From Mustelus asterias (taxonomy: Eukaryota), in assembly GCF_964213995.1 (NCBI RefSeq), contig NC_135808.1:35154001-35218000 (forward strand): a stretch of DNA of 64,000 nt. The letters are read 5' to 3'. A program made the position numbers and the translations under genes. This document shows, piece after piece, positions 1-12,109 of the stretch. The notes beneath the pieces are model-generated. The model was not told the DNA's origin, did not search any database, and worked only from the letters and a program-made list of their open reading frames with translations. Position 1 is the stretch's first letter. Each line of letters begins with the position of its first letter.

Positions 1-244
1 TTGTGTTGTTTGTCTCATGTTTTTATCAATCTTCTGTATAGATTTATCACTCACAATAAATTCACTTTTTTTACTTAACCCCAATTACCTGATTTGACAG
101 CGTGGTGTGCTCCTGTTCACTGAAACACTCAGGAGCCTACAGTAAGAGTCCTGTACACAATATATTGATCAATGTCACTGTGGACTTTCTCCACCAATGG
201 GCTTATCATTTCCATTTCACAGGAAGTAGGAAGTTTCCCTCAAA

Positions 245-651
245 AAAAAGTTGCATTTATGTATCAACTTTCACAAACTCAGTATCTGAAAACATTAAAG
301 CCAATGAAGTCCTGAATGGTAATTTAGCAAAAGTGAAATCCAATTTGAGCACAGCAAGCAGCAATGTGATCACCAGATATCTGTTTTTGGGATATTGTTT
401 GTGGGATTCCTATAGGTCAGAACATCAGAGATAACTCCCCTGCTTTTCTACAACATAATATTATGGAACCTTTTACATTCACGCAAGCACAGAGCCTTGG
501 TTTAACTCATCTGAAAGATGGTATCTCTGACAGTGCAGGACTCCCTCAGTACTGCATTGGAGTATCAGCCTCAGTTCTCAAGTCTCTGGAGTGAGACTTG
601 AACCCACAACATTCTGACTCAGACGAGAGTGCTAACTAAGCCATGGCTGAC
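245..651 (-). mobile_element. DeuSINE/SacSINE1-like SINE relic
   Basis: Deu-domain-like body (gccttggtttaactcatctgaaagatgg..ctctgacagtgcag..ctccctcagtactgcattggagt) and a tRNA-like head on the minus strand (gacttgaacccacaac..ctgactcaga); paralogous copy at ~46075-46585. Confidence 0.6.
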
Positions 652-1057
652 AACATATAATATTTCTGTTGTATTAGATTCAGTTTATAAGAGGTTAAAT
701 CCCAAGGCTATGTACAGAATCCTTTCCCCCCTGTAAACTGGAAACATGAAAGTTTGTTTTGATTTAAAGAGGTAACTAGTTTGAGCTGCAGGAGCCGGTG
801 GCCGGTGATGTCTTTGCGTCTGGTTTCCTGTTTTATTTTGTGAATGCAAATTCCTGGAACCAAATGATACACACTGAGCAGGAGGTGTTCTTTATTGATG
901 CCCATATCTATCTGAGGAAGCTCACAGAGAGAAGCTAATGGAATGTTGAAGAACTATTTAAGGTACTGGTTACACTTGGTTGGATCACAATATTCCCCAG
1001 CAAGAGAGAGAATGGTCATAATGATCCTCATGAACTGCATATCACTCTCAAACAATT

Positions 1058-2290
1058 TTGATTTTGATCTGATTTACCATTGTCACATGTATTAGTACAC
1101 AGTGGAAAGTATTGTTTCTTGTGCACTACAACAGAGCATACTGTTCATAGAGAAGGAAACGAGAGAGTGCAGAATGCAGTGTTGCAGTCATAGCTAGGGT
1201 GTAGAGAAAGATCAAGTTAATGCGAGGTAGGTCCATTCAAAAGTCTGACAGCAGCAGGGAAGAAGCTGTTCTTGAGTCGGTTGGTTCGTGACCTCAGACT
1301 TTTGTATCTTTTTCCCGATGGAAGAAGGTGGAAGAAAGAATGTCCGGTGTGTGTGGGGTCCTTAATTATGCTGCTGCTTCGCTGAGACAGCGGGAAGTGT
1401 AGACAGAGTCAATGGATGGGAGGCTGGTTTGCGTGATGGATTGGGCCACATTCACGATCCTTTGTAATTTCTTGCGGTCTTGGGCAGAGTAGGAGCCATA
1501 CCAAGTTGTGACACAACCAGAAAGAATACTTTCTATGGTGCATCTGTAAAAGTTGGTGAGAGCCGTAGCTAACATGCCAAATTTCCTTAGTCTTCTGAGA
1601 AAGTAGAGGCGTTGGTGGGCTTTCTTAACTATAGTGTCAGCATATGGGGACCAGGACAGGTTGTTGGTGATCTGGACACCGAAAAACATGAAGCTCTCGA
1701 CCCTTTCTACTTTGTCCCCGTTGACGTAGACAGGGGCATGTTCTCCTTTACGCTTCCTGAAGTCGATGACGATCTTCTTCATTTTGTTGACATTGAGGGA
1801 GAGATTATTGTTGTCGCACCAGTTCACCAGATTCTCTATTTCATTCCTGTACTCTGTCTCGTCATTGTTTGAGATCTGACCCACTATGGTGGTGTCGTCA
1901 GCAAACTTGAAAACCGAGTTGGAGGGGAATTTGGCCACAGTCATAGGTGTATAAGGAGTATAGCAGGAGGCTGGGAACACAGCCTTGTGGGGCACCGGTG
2001 TTGAGGATGATCACAGAGGAGGTGTTGTTGCCTATCCTTACCAATTGGGGTCTGTGAGTTAGGAAGTTCAGGATCCAGTCGCAGATGGAGGAGCCGAGGC
2101 CCAGGCCACCAAGTTTGGAGATGTGTTTTGTAGGAATAATGGTATTGAAGGCTGAGAAGTAGTCAATAAAGAGGAGTCTGACAAAAGTGTCTTTGTTGCC
2201 TAGGTGTTCCAGGGTCAAGTGCTGGGCGAGGGGGATGGCGTCTGCTGTGGACCCGCTGCAGCGGTAGGAAACTAGTGGATCCAGGCAGTC
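1058..2290 (-). mobile_element. Rex1/Babar-clade LINE, 3' fragment (decayed RT)
   Basis: ORFs 1366-1995 and 1898-2473 contain [16 protein letters not shown] and [10 protein letters not shown] motifs plus the KKAHQRLYFLRRLRKF C-terminus; joined by a frameshift. Confidence 0.85.
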
Positions 2291-2734
2291 TGAACAAGGT
2301 CTAGAGTGGAACGGAGAAGGTGAGGAACCGGGAGAGGGCAAAAACCGGGACATCCTCAGAGAGGGAAATGAACTGGGATATCCCAAGAGAGGTGAATGAG
2401 TTGGGACATCCCAAGAGAGGTGAATGAGATTGGGGATTGCTGTCTCATAAATTAAAGCTATGGGGAGCTGCATCTCACTTGGACAGGAGTCACACCTTGA
2501 GCACTGTCAATATTTGTCTATCTTCTGTAACCCTCCCATCTGTGCCCCTCAGTCTCACTCCTGTGCACCTCTCTCCTGTGTCTCTTTCCATCCTGCGTAT
2601 GTGCTGATCTCACCACTGCAAGGTGTGTTCCTGTGCCTTTAAAAAATGTATTTGTGTCGTGTTTCTGTGCAGGATGTTTTTAGCAATCCCTTCCATCTTA
2701 TCAGTGCCACTGGATCTATAACCGGCATCCTCCG

Positions 2735-3228
2735 ATGGGACAATTACAAGTTTAAATTCCCACCTGATCTGCTGCTCAAAATCGCCTCCGTTTCACCGGT
2801 CAGTTTCCCAAGCTTCTGGAAACTCATGTTACTCCAGAAATATTTGGATTGGCTGTGAGAGACGTCAATCAGAGAGCCCACCCACTCTGCCCATTCCCTC
2901 CTCTTCCTCTTTCACAGCTGCTTCACTTCCTGTAGGGACTGAAAACCAAGTGAGGAGATGGTGAGTGAAGGAGCAGAATTTATAATAATTACATTGCATA
3001 ATCTCCACACTAATGTCCAGGCAGTCTGACTATCCTGTGGGGAATCAGGTGTGAGAAGATCCAGCTGAGAGACCTGTTTATTCGGTGCTTTGTGCTGAGC
3101 TGTTTGATTGGAGCTGTGTGTTGGATATTGAGTGTGTTTATTGGAAGCATTTCCCTTCTGATTTACAGGCTGAGTTTTGTTGATGGGTCATTACTGAATA
3201 TGAGAAGGTGAGGTGTAATTATCTGGGA
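2735..3228 (+). promoter_or_regulatory. ZNF promoter/first-exon module, copy A
   Basis: Inverted CCAAT (gattggct), CRE-like gacgtca, ETS-like cacttcctgt; exon ends ATG|gtgagt at 2960/2961; micro-exon 3169-3207 (ttacag|...gaag|gtgagg); near-identical copies at ~30.1-30.7, 47.4-48.0 and 62.6-63.2 kb. Confidence 0.7.
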
Positions 3229-4363
3229 GGTCTAAGGATTCTTACTGATTTCCTATTGTTGAATTGTGTGTTTGTTGGGAGCTGGTTATTATCCTGTGGA
3301 CTGATTATACAGTTCCTCTGAGAGAATAACTCCTTGGAAGTGCATTACTGAGGGAGAGTTGCCTCTTTGGAGGTTTGATACTGAGTGCATGTTGTGTCGC
3401 CAGTGGGGATAATCCATAGAAATATGAGTTTAGATGTTTCATTTCTCAAGCATGTTCCACCACTCAGTGAGATCATGCTATATCTGTGATCTATTCCTGC
3501 CCTCTCCTCATCCCTCAATACTTTGATAAACAAAATTCCATCAATCTCAGATTGAATATTAATCATTTATCGTCGATTCTCTTTGTGGACTTCCAAACTT
3601 CTCCCAGTCTTCGTGTGTTGATGGGTTTCCTGATTTCCCTCCTGAAAACTCTTCCTTCAATTGTTAGACCATGTTCCCTAGTCTGAGACCCCCAACCAGT
3701 GAAAATAATTTCTCTCAATTCATCCGCTCTCTTCCCCTTAATAACCTGAAAACATCAATTAGATTCACCCCACTTAGCTTTCTAGAGCTGGGGAATATAA
3801 CTCTCACTTGTTCAATCTCTCTTCATCATTTAACTATTGCAGTCCAGGTCTCATTCCAGTTAATCTACACTGCCTTCTCACCTATCCTTCCTGTTGCGAG
3901 GGACCTGAACTGTTCCCAATAATCCAGGTGTGGTCAAACCACGGCTGAAATATTCCTTCTATCTCTTTGGATTATTTTCCTCCAGAAATTAAACCACCTT
4001 TCCATTCACCTTTCTGATTATTTTCTCCAACAATTCATGACATTTTAATGATCTCTGTACAGAGTCTCCAAGACTCTTTGAAACTCCACTCTTTCTAGTT
4101 TTTCACCATTTATAAAATACCCTGTGTAGGGTCAAAGTGCCAATCTTGAATTCCAGTTGGCACAGTATTACCCATTGATTTTAAGGTATCAGTGTCTCTT
4201 TGTCATTTGATGTTTCCAGTACATTGTTTAGATGGCCACCTATCTTGTGTCATCAGTAAATTTGTAGATGCAGATTTCTATTCCATTGTCTAAATTATTA
4301 ATAAATACAGGGAGAGATTGAGACACAAAACAAATACTTGCAGGTCACCACTCATCACATCAT

Positions 4364-4522
4364 TACTGAGGGAGTGCTGTATTGTCAGAGGGTCAGTACT
4401 GAGGGAGTGCTGCACTGTCAGAGGGTCAGTACTGAGGGAGTGCTGCACTGTCAGAGGGTCAGTACTGAGAGAGTGCTGCACTGTCAGAGGGTCAGTACTG
4501 AGGGAGTGCTGCACTGTCAGAG
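4364..4522 (+). repeat. 33-bp minisatellite (tactgagggagtgctgcactgtcagagggtcag), ~4.8 copies
   Basis: Directly visible; the unit resembles part of the DeuSINE body. Confidence 0.9.
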
Positions 4523-5251
4523 TTCTGATTTTGAGGAATGGCCATTTGATCAGTGTTTTGGAATGGTCTGAGTATGTGAAAGCTCCTGTTCCTTTCTTTT
4601 ATTTATAATTGTGGGTACAATCTTTGCATTAAATCTTCAAATAGTTTCAAAGCTGAAGCACAATTCTCAGACCCACCCCAATGATTGGCTGAGCAGTGAT
4701 TGCCATGTAACTATTGGTGGGCTGTCAGTGCATTTCAGTCCCAGATTGGCTGTGAGAGATAGAAACATAGAAAGTAGGAGGAGGCCATTCAGCCCTTTAA
4801 GCCTACTCTGCTATTCAATATGATCATGGCTGGTCAAACTCAATATCCTGATCCCACCTTCCTTTATACGCTTTGATCCCCTTCACCCCAGTGCTATATC
4901 TAACTGTTTCTTGAAAATAATCAGTGTTTTGCCTCAACTACTTTCTGTGCTGGTGAATCCAATAGGCTGACCATTCTCTGGGTGAAAAAAATTCTCCTCA
5001 TCACCGTCCTAAATGGTCTCCCCAGGATCCTCAGACTATGGTGCTTGGTTCTTGACATCCCCACCTTTGGGAACATCCTCCTTGCATCTACCCTGTCTAG
5101 TCCTGTTAAAATTTTATCGGTTTCTATGAGATCCACCCCCATTCTTCTGCACTCCAGCGAATACAATCCTAACTGACTCAGTCTCCCTTCATACGTCAGT
5201 CCCACCATCCCAGGAATCAATCCGGTAAATCTTCTCTGCATTCCCACTAGA

Positions 5252-5600
5252 GGGGCGGCATGGTAGCACAGTGGTCAGCACTGCTGCTTCACAGCTCCAG
5301 GGACCTGGGTTCAATTCCCGGCTTGGGTCACTGTCTGTGTGGAGTTTGCACATTCTCCTCGTGTCTTTGTGGGTTTCCTCCGGGTGCTCCGGTTTCCTCC
5401 CACAATCCAAAGATGTGCGGGTTAGGTTGATTGGCCTTGCTAAAAATTGCCCTTAGTGTCCTGAGATGCGTAGGTTGGAGGGATTAGTGGGTAAATACGT
5501 AGGGATATGAGAGTAGGGCCTGGGTGGGATTGTGGTCAGTGCAGACTCGATGGGCCGAATGGCCTCTTTCGTACTGTAGGGTTTCTATGATTTCTATGAT
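5252..5600 (+). mobile_element. HE1-type tRNA-derived SINE, full length
   Basis: ggggcggcatggtagcacagtgg A-box head, gggttcaattcc B-box, V-SINE core (gtggagtttgcacattctcc), ttctatga tail. Confidence 0.9.
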
Positions 5601-5647
5601 GAAGAACATCCTTCCTCAGATAAGGAGGGCAAGATTGCATACAGTGC

Positions 5648-5773
5648 TGTGAATTTTCCTGTTCCGCCCGCCACAGGACTCGTAGCGGGTGAGGGGCAGA
5701 CTATGGAAAGGTCTGTTGACCTCAGGTGGGATTTTCTGGTTCAGGGTGAGCGCAGCTGGAAAATCCCGCCCAG
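5648..5773. mobile_element. Short MITE-like element
   Basis: Imperfect terminal inverted repeats (gaattttcc...ggaaaatcccgccc); related copy at 12352-12480. Confidence 0.5.
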
Positions 5774-6512
5774 TATTTCAGGTTTGGCCTCACTAAGGCC
5801 CTGTATAATTGCATTAAGACATCGCTGGTCCTGTACTCGAATCCTCTCCCTATGAAAGCCAACATACCATTTGCCTTTTTTACTGCCTGCTGTACCTGCA
5901 TGCTTACTTTCAGCGACTGGTGCATAGTGACACCCAGGTCTCGTTGCATGAAATTACGAATTTATAGCCTTTGAAATGGTAATCTGTCTTCCTGTTTTTA
6001 CTACCAAAGTAGATAATTTCACATGTATCATTTGCCCACTCACTCAGCCTGTCCAAATCATACTGAAGCATCTCTGCATCTTCCTAACAGTTCACCTTAC
6101 CACCCAGCTTTGTGTCATCTGCAAATGTGGAGTTAATATCTTTAATTCCTCATCTAAATCAATAATGTATATAATGAATAGCTGGGGTCCCATAGAGCCT
6201 GCACCAAAAATGCCACTCATGCTCTATTCGCGTAGCCCCACGTATTTATCCTACTAATCCCCTTGACACTAAGGGGCAATTTAGCATGGCCAATCAACCT
6301 AACCCATACATTTTGGCAGAGTGGGAAGAAACTGGAGCACCCAGAGAAAACCCACGCAGACACGGAGAATGTGCAAACTTCGCACAGTCACCCAAGGCCA
6401 GAATTGAGCCAGGGTCCCTGGCACTGTGAGGCAGCAGTGCTAACCACTTGCCATCTCATTTGCCTGCTATTTGGAAAATGACCCATTTATTCCTACTCTT
6501 TGTTTCCTGTCC

Positions 6513-6655
6513 ATCAGAGAGCCCACCTACTCTGCCCATTCTCTCCTCTTCCTCTTTCACAGCTGCTTTATTCCCTGTAGGGACTGAAAACCAAGTGAGG
6601 AGATGGTGAGTGAAGGAGCAGAATTTATAATAATTACATTGCATAATATCCACAC
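6513..6655 (+). promoter_or_regulatory. Partial duplicate of the ZNF first exon
   Basis: Matches ~2868-3010; keeps the ATG|gtgagt donor at 6605/6606 but lacks the upstream CCAAT/CRE part. Confidence 0.7.
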
Positions 6656-6725
6656 CAAAATTCAGGACGAATATTGAGTGAGAAAGAACATTCTTGTGAA
6701 GTAATATTACTGGATGGATTCCTCG

Positions 6726-7020
6726 GGTGGATGTAGCTGTTACTCGGGGGCATAACTATAAGGTTCATGGTGGGAGATATAGGAGGGATGTCCGAGGTAG
6801 GTTCTTTACTCAGAGAGTGGTTGGGGTTTGGAATGGACTGCCTGCTGTGATAGTGGAGTCGGACACTTTTGAACTTTCAAGCGGTTATTGGATAGGCACA
6901 TGGAGCACACAAGGATGATAGGGAGTGGGATAGCTTGATCTTGGTTTTGGCCAAAGCTCGGCACAACATTGAGGACCGAAGGGCCTGTACTGTGCTGTAC
7001 TGTTCTATGTTCTATCTATG
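6726..7020 (+). mobile_element. HER1/CR1 LINE extreme 3' end
   Basis: [19 protein letters not shown] motif and gttctat tail. Confidence 0.85.
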
Positions 7021-7521
7021 GTATGATGCTGGTGGAGATAATCATTTTCCTGTTTTACAGAAGGATTGCACTGTACGACACCAGAGAATATAGAGAGGAT
7101 AGACACCGCAGATAGATCCTAACCATCACCCAAGAAACAACTGCACAACTGTGGGAAGACATCCAGTCCCTTCACAGCATTGCCCAACACAGGGAAGGTT
7201 GGACAGTAAAATCATCTGGAAATTGGTTGGGCCAGGGGAGCTTTGACATATCATCAGATCTGAAACTGGTCAGTGGTGTGGAACCTTCCATAAAAACCAA
7301 CCTTTCTGAAGGTTCAGCTATGGGTGAGGCTGGGAAAAAGTGAGTGGGCTTCAAGTGTGGTGAAAAGCTTCAATCATTCATCGGGTCTCATGAACCTCTG
7401 ACTCATTCCCACAGGTGAGAGGCTGTTCAAGTGTGGTGTGTGAGGAGGACTGCACAGGCTCATACAATCTCTGAACACAAAAGTGCATCATTTCTCACAC
7501 CTAGACAACCAGAAAAGGAAC

Positions 7522-8793
7522 ATGGAAGAGAAATTATTCAAGTGTGATGTGTGTGACAAATCATTCTCACAATCCTCGAGCTTCCAGCGGCATCAGAGGA
7601 TTCACACAGGAGAGAAAGCATTCAGATGTGAGGTGTGTGAAAAATCATTCTCACAGTCATCACATCTCCTGAGACATCAGAGGATTCACACAGGAGAGAA
7701 ACCTTTCACGTGTGAGGTGTGTAACAAATCATTCTTGGAGCCATCAGAACTTCGCTCACACCAACGTATTCACACAGGGGAGAAACCATTCAGGTGTGAG
7801 GTGTGTGACAAATCATTCTCGCAGTCATCCAGTCTCCACAGACACAAGCGCATTCACACAGGGGAGAAACCATTCACATGTACTGTGTGTGACAAATCGT
7901 TTGCCACATCACAGTACTTCCGCACACACCAGCGCATCCACACAGGAGAGAAACCGTTCAGATGTGAGGTGTGTGACAGATCTTTCACACAGCCCACGCA
8001 TCTCCTGCACCATCAGAGGATTCACACAGGGGAGAAACCATTCAGGTGTGAGTTCTGTGATAAATCATTCTCGATGTCATCACGCCTCCTGAGACATCAG
8101 TGCATTCACACGGGAGAGAAACCATTTAAGTGTGAGGTGTGTGAGAAATCATTCTTGCAACCATCAGAACTTCGCTCACACCAACGTATTCACACAGGGG
8201 AGAAACCATTCACATGTGTCGTGTGTGACAAATCATTTGCTAGATCAGAGAACCTCCGTGAACACCGACGTGTCCACACTGGAGAAAAACCATTCCATTG
8301 TGGTGTGTGTGACAAATCATTCTCACAATCATCCAGCCTCCTGCAGCACCAGCGGATTCACAAGGGGGAGAAACCATTCCAATGTGAGGTGTGTAACAAA
8401 TCATTCTGTTCATCATCAGATCTTCGCTCACACCAACGTATTCACACAGGGGAGAAGCCATTCACATGTGTCGTGTGTGACAAATCATTTGCTAGATCAT
8501 GGATCCTCCGCGAACATCAGCGCATCCACACAGGAGAGAAACCATTCAAGTGTAAGGTGTGTGAAAAATCATTCTCACAATCATCGAGCCTCCTGCAGCA
8601 CCAGAGGATTCACACAGGGGAGAAACCATTCACATGTGAAGTTTGCAACAAAGCATTTTCAGCATCAGCCAATCTCCGCACACACCGACGCATTCACACA
8701 GGGGAGAAACCATTCAAGTGTGAGATATGTGACAAATCATTCTCTCAGTCAACAAAACTCCTGCTGCATCACAGGATCCACACAGTGGAATAA
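7522..8793 (+). CDS. Tandem C2H2 zinc-finger protein A, 15 fingers, no effector domain
   Basis: 15 CxxC-x12-HxxxH fingers with TGEKPF-type linkers; start MEEK at 7522; splice acceptor ttttacag| at 7060. Confidence 0.93.
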   Translation: MEEKLFKCDVCDKSFSQSSSFQRHQRIHTGEKAFRCEVCEKSFSQSSHLLRHQRIHTGEKPFTCEVCNKSFLEPSELRSHQRIHTGEKPFRCEVCDKSFSQSSSLHRHKRIHTGEKPFTCTVCDKSFATSQYFRTHQRIHTGEKPFRCEVCDRSFTQPTHLLHHQRIHTGEKPFRCEFCDKSFSMSSRLLRHQCIHTGEKPFKCEVCEKSFLQPSELRSHQRIHTGEKPFTCVVCDKSFARSENLREHRRVHTGEKPFHCGVCDKSFSQSSSLLQHQRIHKGEKPFQCEVCNKSFCSSSDLRSHQRIHTGEKPFTCVVCDKSFARSWILREHQRIHTGEKPFKCKVCEKSFSQSSSLLQHQRIHTGEKPFTCEVCNKAFSASANLRTHRRIHTGEKPFKCEICDKSFSQSTKLLLHHRIHTVE

Positions 8794-9149
8794 GCCTTCA
8801 AGTGTGAGGTTGCGATGAAGCTTTTGTGACATCTTTTAACACTCTGGGGGCATTAGTGGATTCAGACAGGAGAGAAATTCTTCAAGTGCGATGTTTGTGA
8901 CAAAACTTTCATCCATTCATTCAGTGGCCTGAAGTGGAAGAACGTCACTGATAAGAAGCCATTCAGCTGTGAGATGTGTGACAAAATCTTTGCACACTCA
9001 TTGTATCTTCTGGTGCATCAACTCTGTCGATTTTTTTAAAAATTAATTTTACAGGACGGGAGCATCGCTGGCTGGGCAGCATTTATTGCCCGTCCCTAAC
9101 TTCCCTCCAATTCAGTTGGCAACTGAGAGTTGAACACATTGCTGTTGTT

Positions 9150-11880
9150 AGAGTCATAGAGGTTTACAGCATGGAAACAGGCCCAACTTGTCCATGCCGC
9201 CCCTTTTTCTTTTAACCCCTAAGCTAGTCCCCATTGCCCGTGTTTGGTCCACATCTCTCTATATTTATCTTACCCTGTAACTGTCTAAACGTTTTTTAAA
9301 AAACAAAATTGTACCAGCCTCTACTACTACCTCTGGCAGCTTGTTCCAGACACTCACCACTGTCTGTGTGAAAAAATTGCCCCTCTGCACCCTTTTGTAT
9401 CTCTCCCCTCTCACCTTAAACCTATGCCCTCTAGTTTTAGACTCTCCTACCTTTGGGAAAAGACATTGACTATCTAGCTGATCCATGCCCCTCATTATTT
9501 TATAGACCTCTATAAGTTCACCCCTAAGCCTCCTACACTCCAGAAAAAGAAGTCCCAGTCTATCCAGCCACTCCTTATAACTCAAACCATCAAGTCCTGG
9601 TAGCATCCAAGTAAATCTTTATGCACTCTTTCTAATTTAATATTCTTTCTATTATAGGGTGACCAGAACTGTACACAGTATTCCAAGTGTGGCCTTACCA
9701 ATGTCTTGTACAACTTCAACAAGACGTCCCAACTCCTGTATTCAATGTTCTGACCAATGAAACCAAGCATGCCGAATGCCTTCTTCACCACTCTGTCCAG
9801 CTGTGACTCCACTTTCAAGGAACTATGAACCTGGACCCCTAGACCTTTTGTTCTATCACTCTCCCCAACGCCCTGTCATTAACTGAGTTGGTCCTGCCCT
9901 GATTCGATCTACCCAAATGCATCATCTTGCATTTATCTGAATTAAACTCAATCTGCCATTTGTCAGCCCACTGGCCCAATTGATCAAGAACCTGTTGCAA
10001 TCCGAGATAACCTTCTTCACCATCCACAATGCCACCAATCTTGGTGTCATCTGCAAACTTACTAACCATGCCTAGTAAATTCTCATCCAAATCATTAATA
10101 TAAATGACAAATAACAGTGGACCGAGCACCGATCCCTGAGGCACACCGTTGGTCACAGACCTCCAGTTTGAAAAACAACCCTCTACAACCACCGTCTTTC
10201 TTCTGTCATCAAGCCAATGTTGTATCCATTTGGCTACCTCACCCTGGATCCCGTGAGATTTAACCTTATGCAACAACCTAACATATGGTACCTTGTCAAA
10301 GGCCTTGCTAAAGTCCATGTAGACAACATCAACTGCACTGCCCTCATCTACCTTCTTGGTTACCCCTTCAAAAACCTTAATCAAATTTGTGAGTCATGAT
10401 TTTCCACTCTCAAAGCTATGCTGACTGTCCCTAATCAGTCCTTGTGTCTCTAACTGCCTGTAGATCCTGTCTTTCAAAATACCTTCTAACGACTTACCCA
10501 CTACAGATGTGAGGCTCACTGGCCTGTAGTTCCCAGGCTTTTCCCTGCAGCCTTTTTAAACAAAGGCACAACATTTACCACCCTCCAATCTTCAGGCACT
10601 TCACCTGTGACTATCGATGATTTAAATATCTCTGCTAGGGGACCCGCAATTTCCTCCCTAGCCTCCCACAGTGTCCTGGGATACACTTCATCTGGTCCCG
10701 GGGATTTATCTGCCTTGATGCGCTTTAAGACTTCCGGCACCTCCTTCTCTGTTATATGTACAGTCCTCAAGACATCACTATGTATTTCGCCAAGTTCCCT
10801 AACATTCATGCTATTCTCAACAGTGAATACTGATGAGAAATATTCATTTAGGGTCTCACCCATCTCATGTGGATCTGCACATAGATTACCTTGTTGATTC
10901 TTAAGAGGTCCTACCCTCTGCCTAGTTACTTTTTTGCCCTTTTTGTATTTGTAGAAGCTCTTTGGATTCTCCTTTGTCTTATCTGCCAAAACAATCTTGT
11001 GTCCCCTTTCTGTCTTCCTGATTTCTCTCTCAACTTTACTCCCACACCCTCTATATAATCTTCAAGGGATCCACTTGATCCCAGCTGCCTGTGCATGTCA
11101 TGTGCCTCCTTCGTCTTCTTGACCAGGGCCTCAATATCGTGAGTCATCCAAGGTTCCCTATTTCTACCAGCCTTGCCCTTCACTCTGAGAGGAATGTGTT
11201 TCCCCTGAACCCTGGTTAACACACTTTTGAAAGCCTCCCACTTACCAGACGTCCCTTTGCCTTCCCACAGACTCCCCCAATTAACTGTTGAAAGTTCCTG
11301 CCTGAGACCATCAAAATTGGCCTTGCCTCAATTTAGAATTTTAACTTTTGGGTCAGGATTCATTCTCCATAGCTATCTTAAAACAAATGGAATTATGGTC
11401 ACTGGTCCCAAAGTGATTCCCTCGCTAACACTTCTGTAACCTGCCCTTTCTTATTCCCAAGAGGAGGTCAAGTTTTGCCCCTTCTCTATTCGGGCCATCC
11501 ACATACTGAATGATAAATTCCTCCTGAATACACTCAACAAATTTCTCTCCATCCAACCCTCTAATACTATGGCTGTTCCAGTCAATGTTGGGGAAGTTAA
11601 AATCCCCTACCATTACCACCCTATTTTCCTTGGAGCTATCTGTAATCTTCTTACATATTTGCTCCTCAATTTCCTGCCGACTATTTGGGGGCCTATAGTA
11701 CAATCCTATCAAAGTGATTTCCCCCTTCTTATTTCTCAGTTCAACCCATATAGACTCCGTGGGCAAACCCTCAGATGTATCCCCTTTCAGTACTGCCGTG
11801 ATGTTTCCTTAATCAAAAGTGCAACTCCCCCTCCTCTCTTATCTCCTGTTCTATCTTTCCTAAAGCATCTGTACCCTGGA
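9150..11880 (-). mobile_element. CR1/HER1 LINE ORF2 fragment (endonuclease to 3' tail), decayed
   Basis: MVGDFNFPNIDW endonuclease, KSPGPD, DFSKAFDKVP, GVPQGSVLGP and KFADDTK motifs; inserted in a SINE whose halves lie at ~9040-9150 and ~11880-12100. Confidence 0.92.
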
Positions 11881-12109
11881 TCTGGAGTCACATGTAGGTC
11901 AAACCAGGTAAGGATGGCAAATTTCCTTCCTTAAAGGATATTAGTGAACAAGATGAGCTCTTCCGACAATCGATAATAGTTTCATGACCATCATTAGACT
12001 TTTAATTCCAGATTTTTATTGAATTCAAATTTCACCATCTGCCGTGGCGGGATTTGAACCTGGGTCCCCAGATCTTGTTCTGGGTCTGGATTACTAGTCT
12101 GACCAGAAG

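Larger units (their letters stand above)
4757..6190 (-). mobile_element. CR1/HER1-type LINE 3' fragment interrupted by a SINE and a MITE
   Basis: QRRFTGLIPGM..RLSQLGLYSLE and QRDLGV..KANGMLAFI motifs on the minus strand. Confidence 0.8.

Noticed and set aside
4364-4522. 33-bp repeat array as CRISPR-like or coding
   Set aside because: No unique spacers; a simple SINE-derived minisatellite in a eukaryote
7712-8818. Long alternative-frame ORFs over the ZNF exons (also 52032-52646 and 25544-26164)
   Set aside because: Expected by-product of the 84-bp finger periodicity and codon usage
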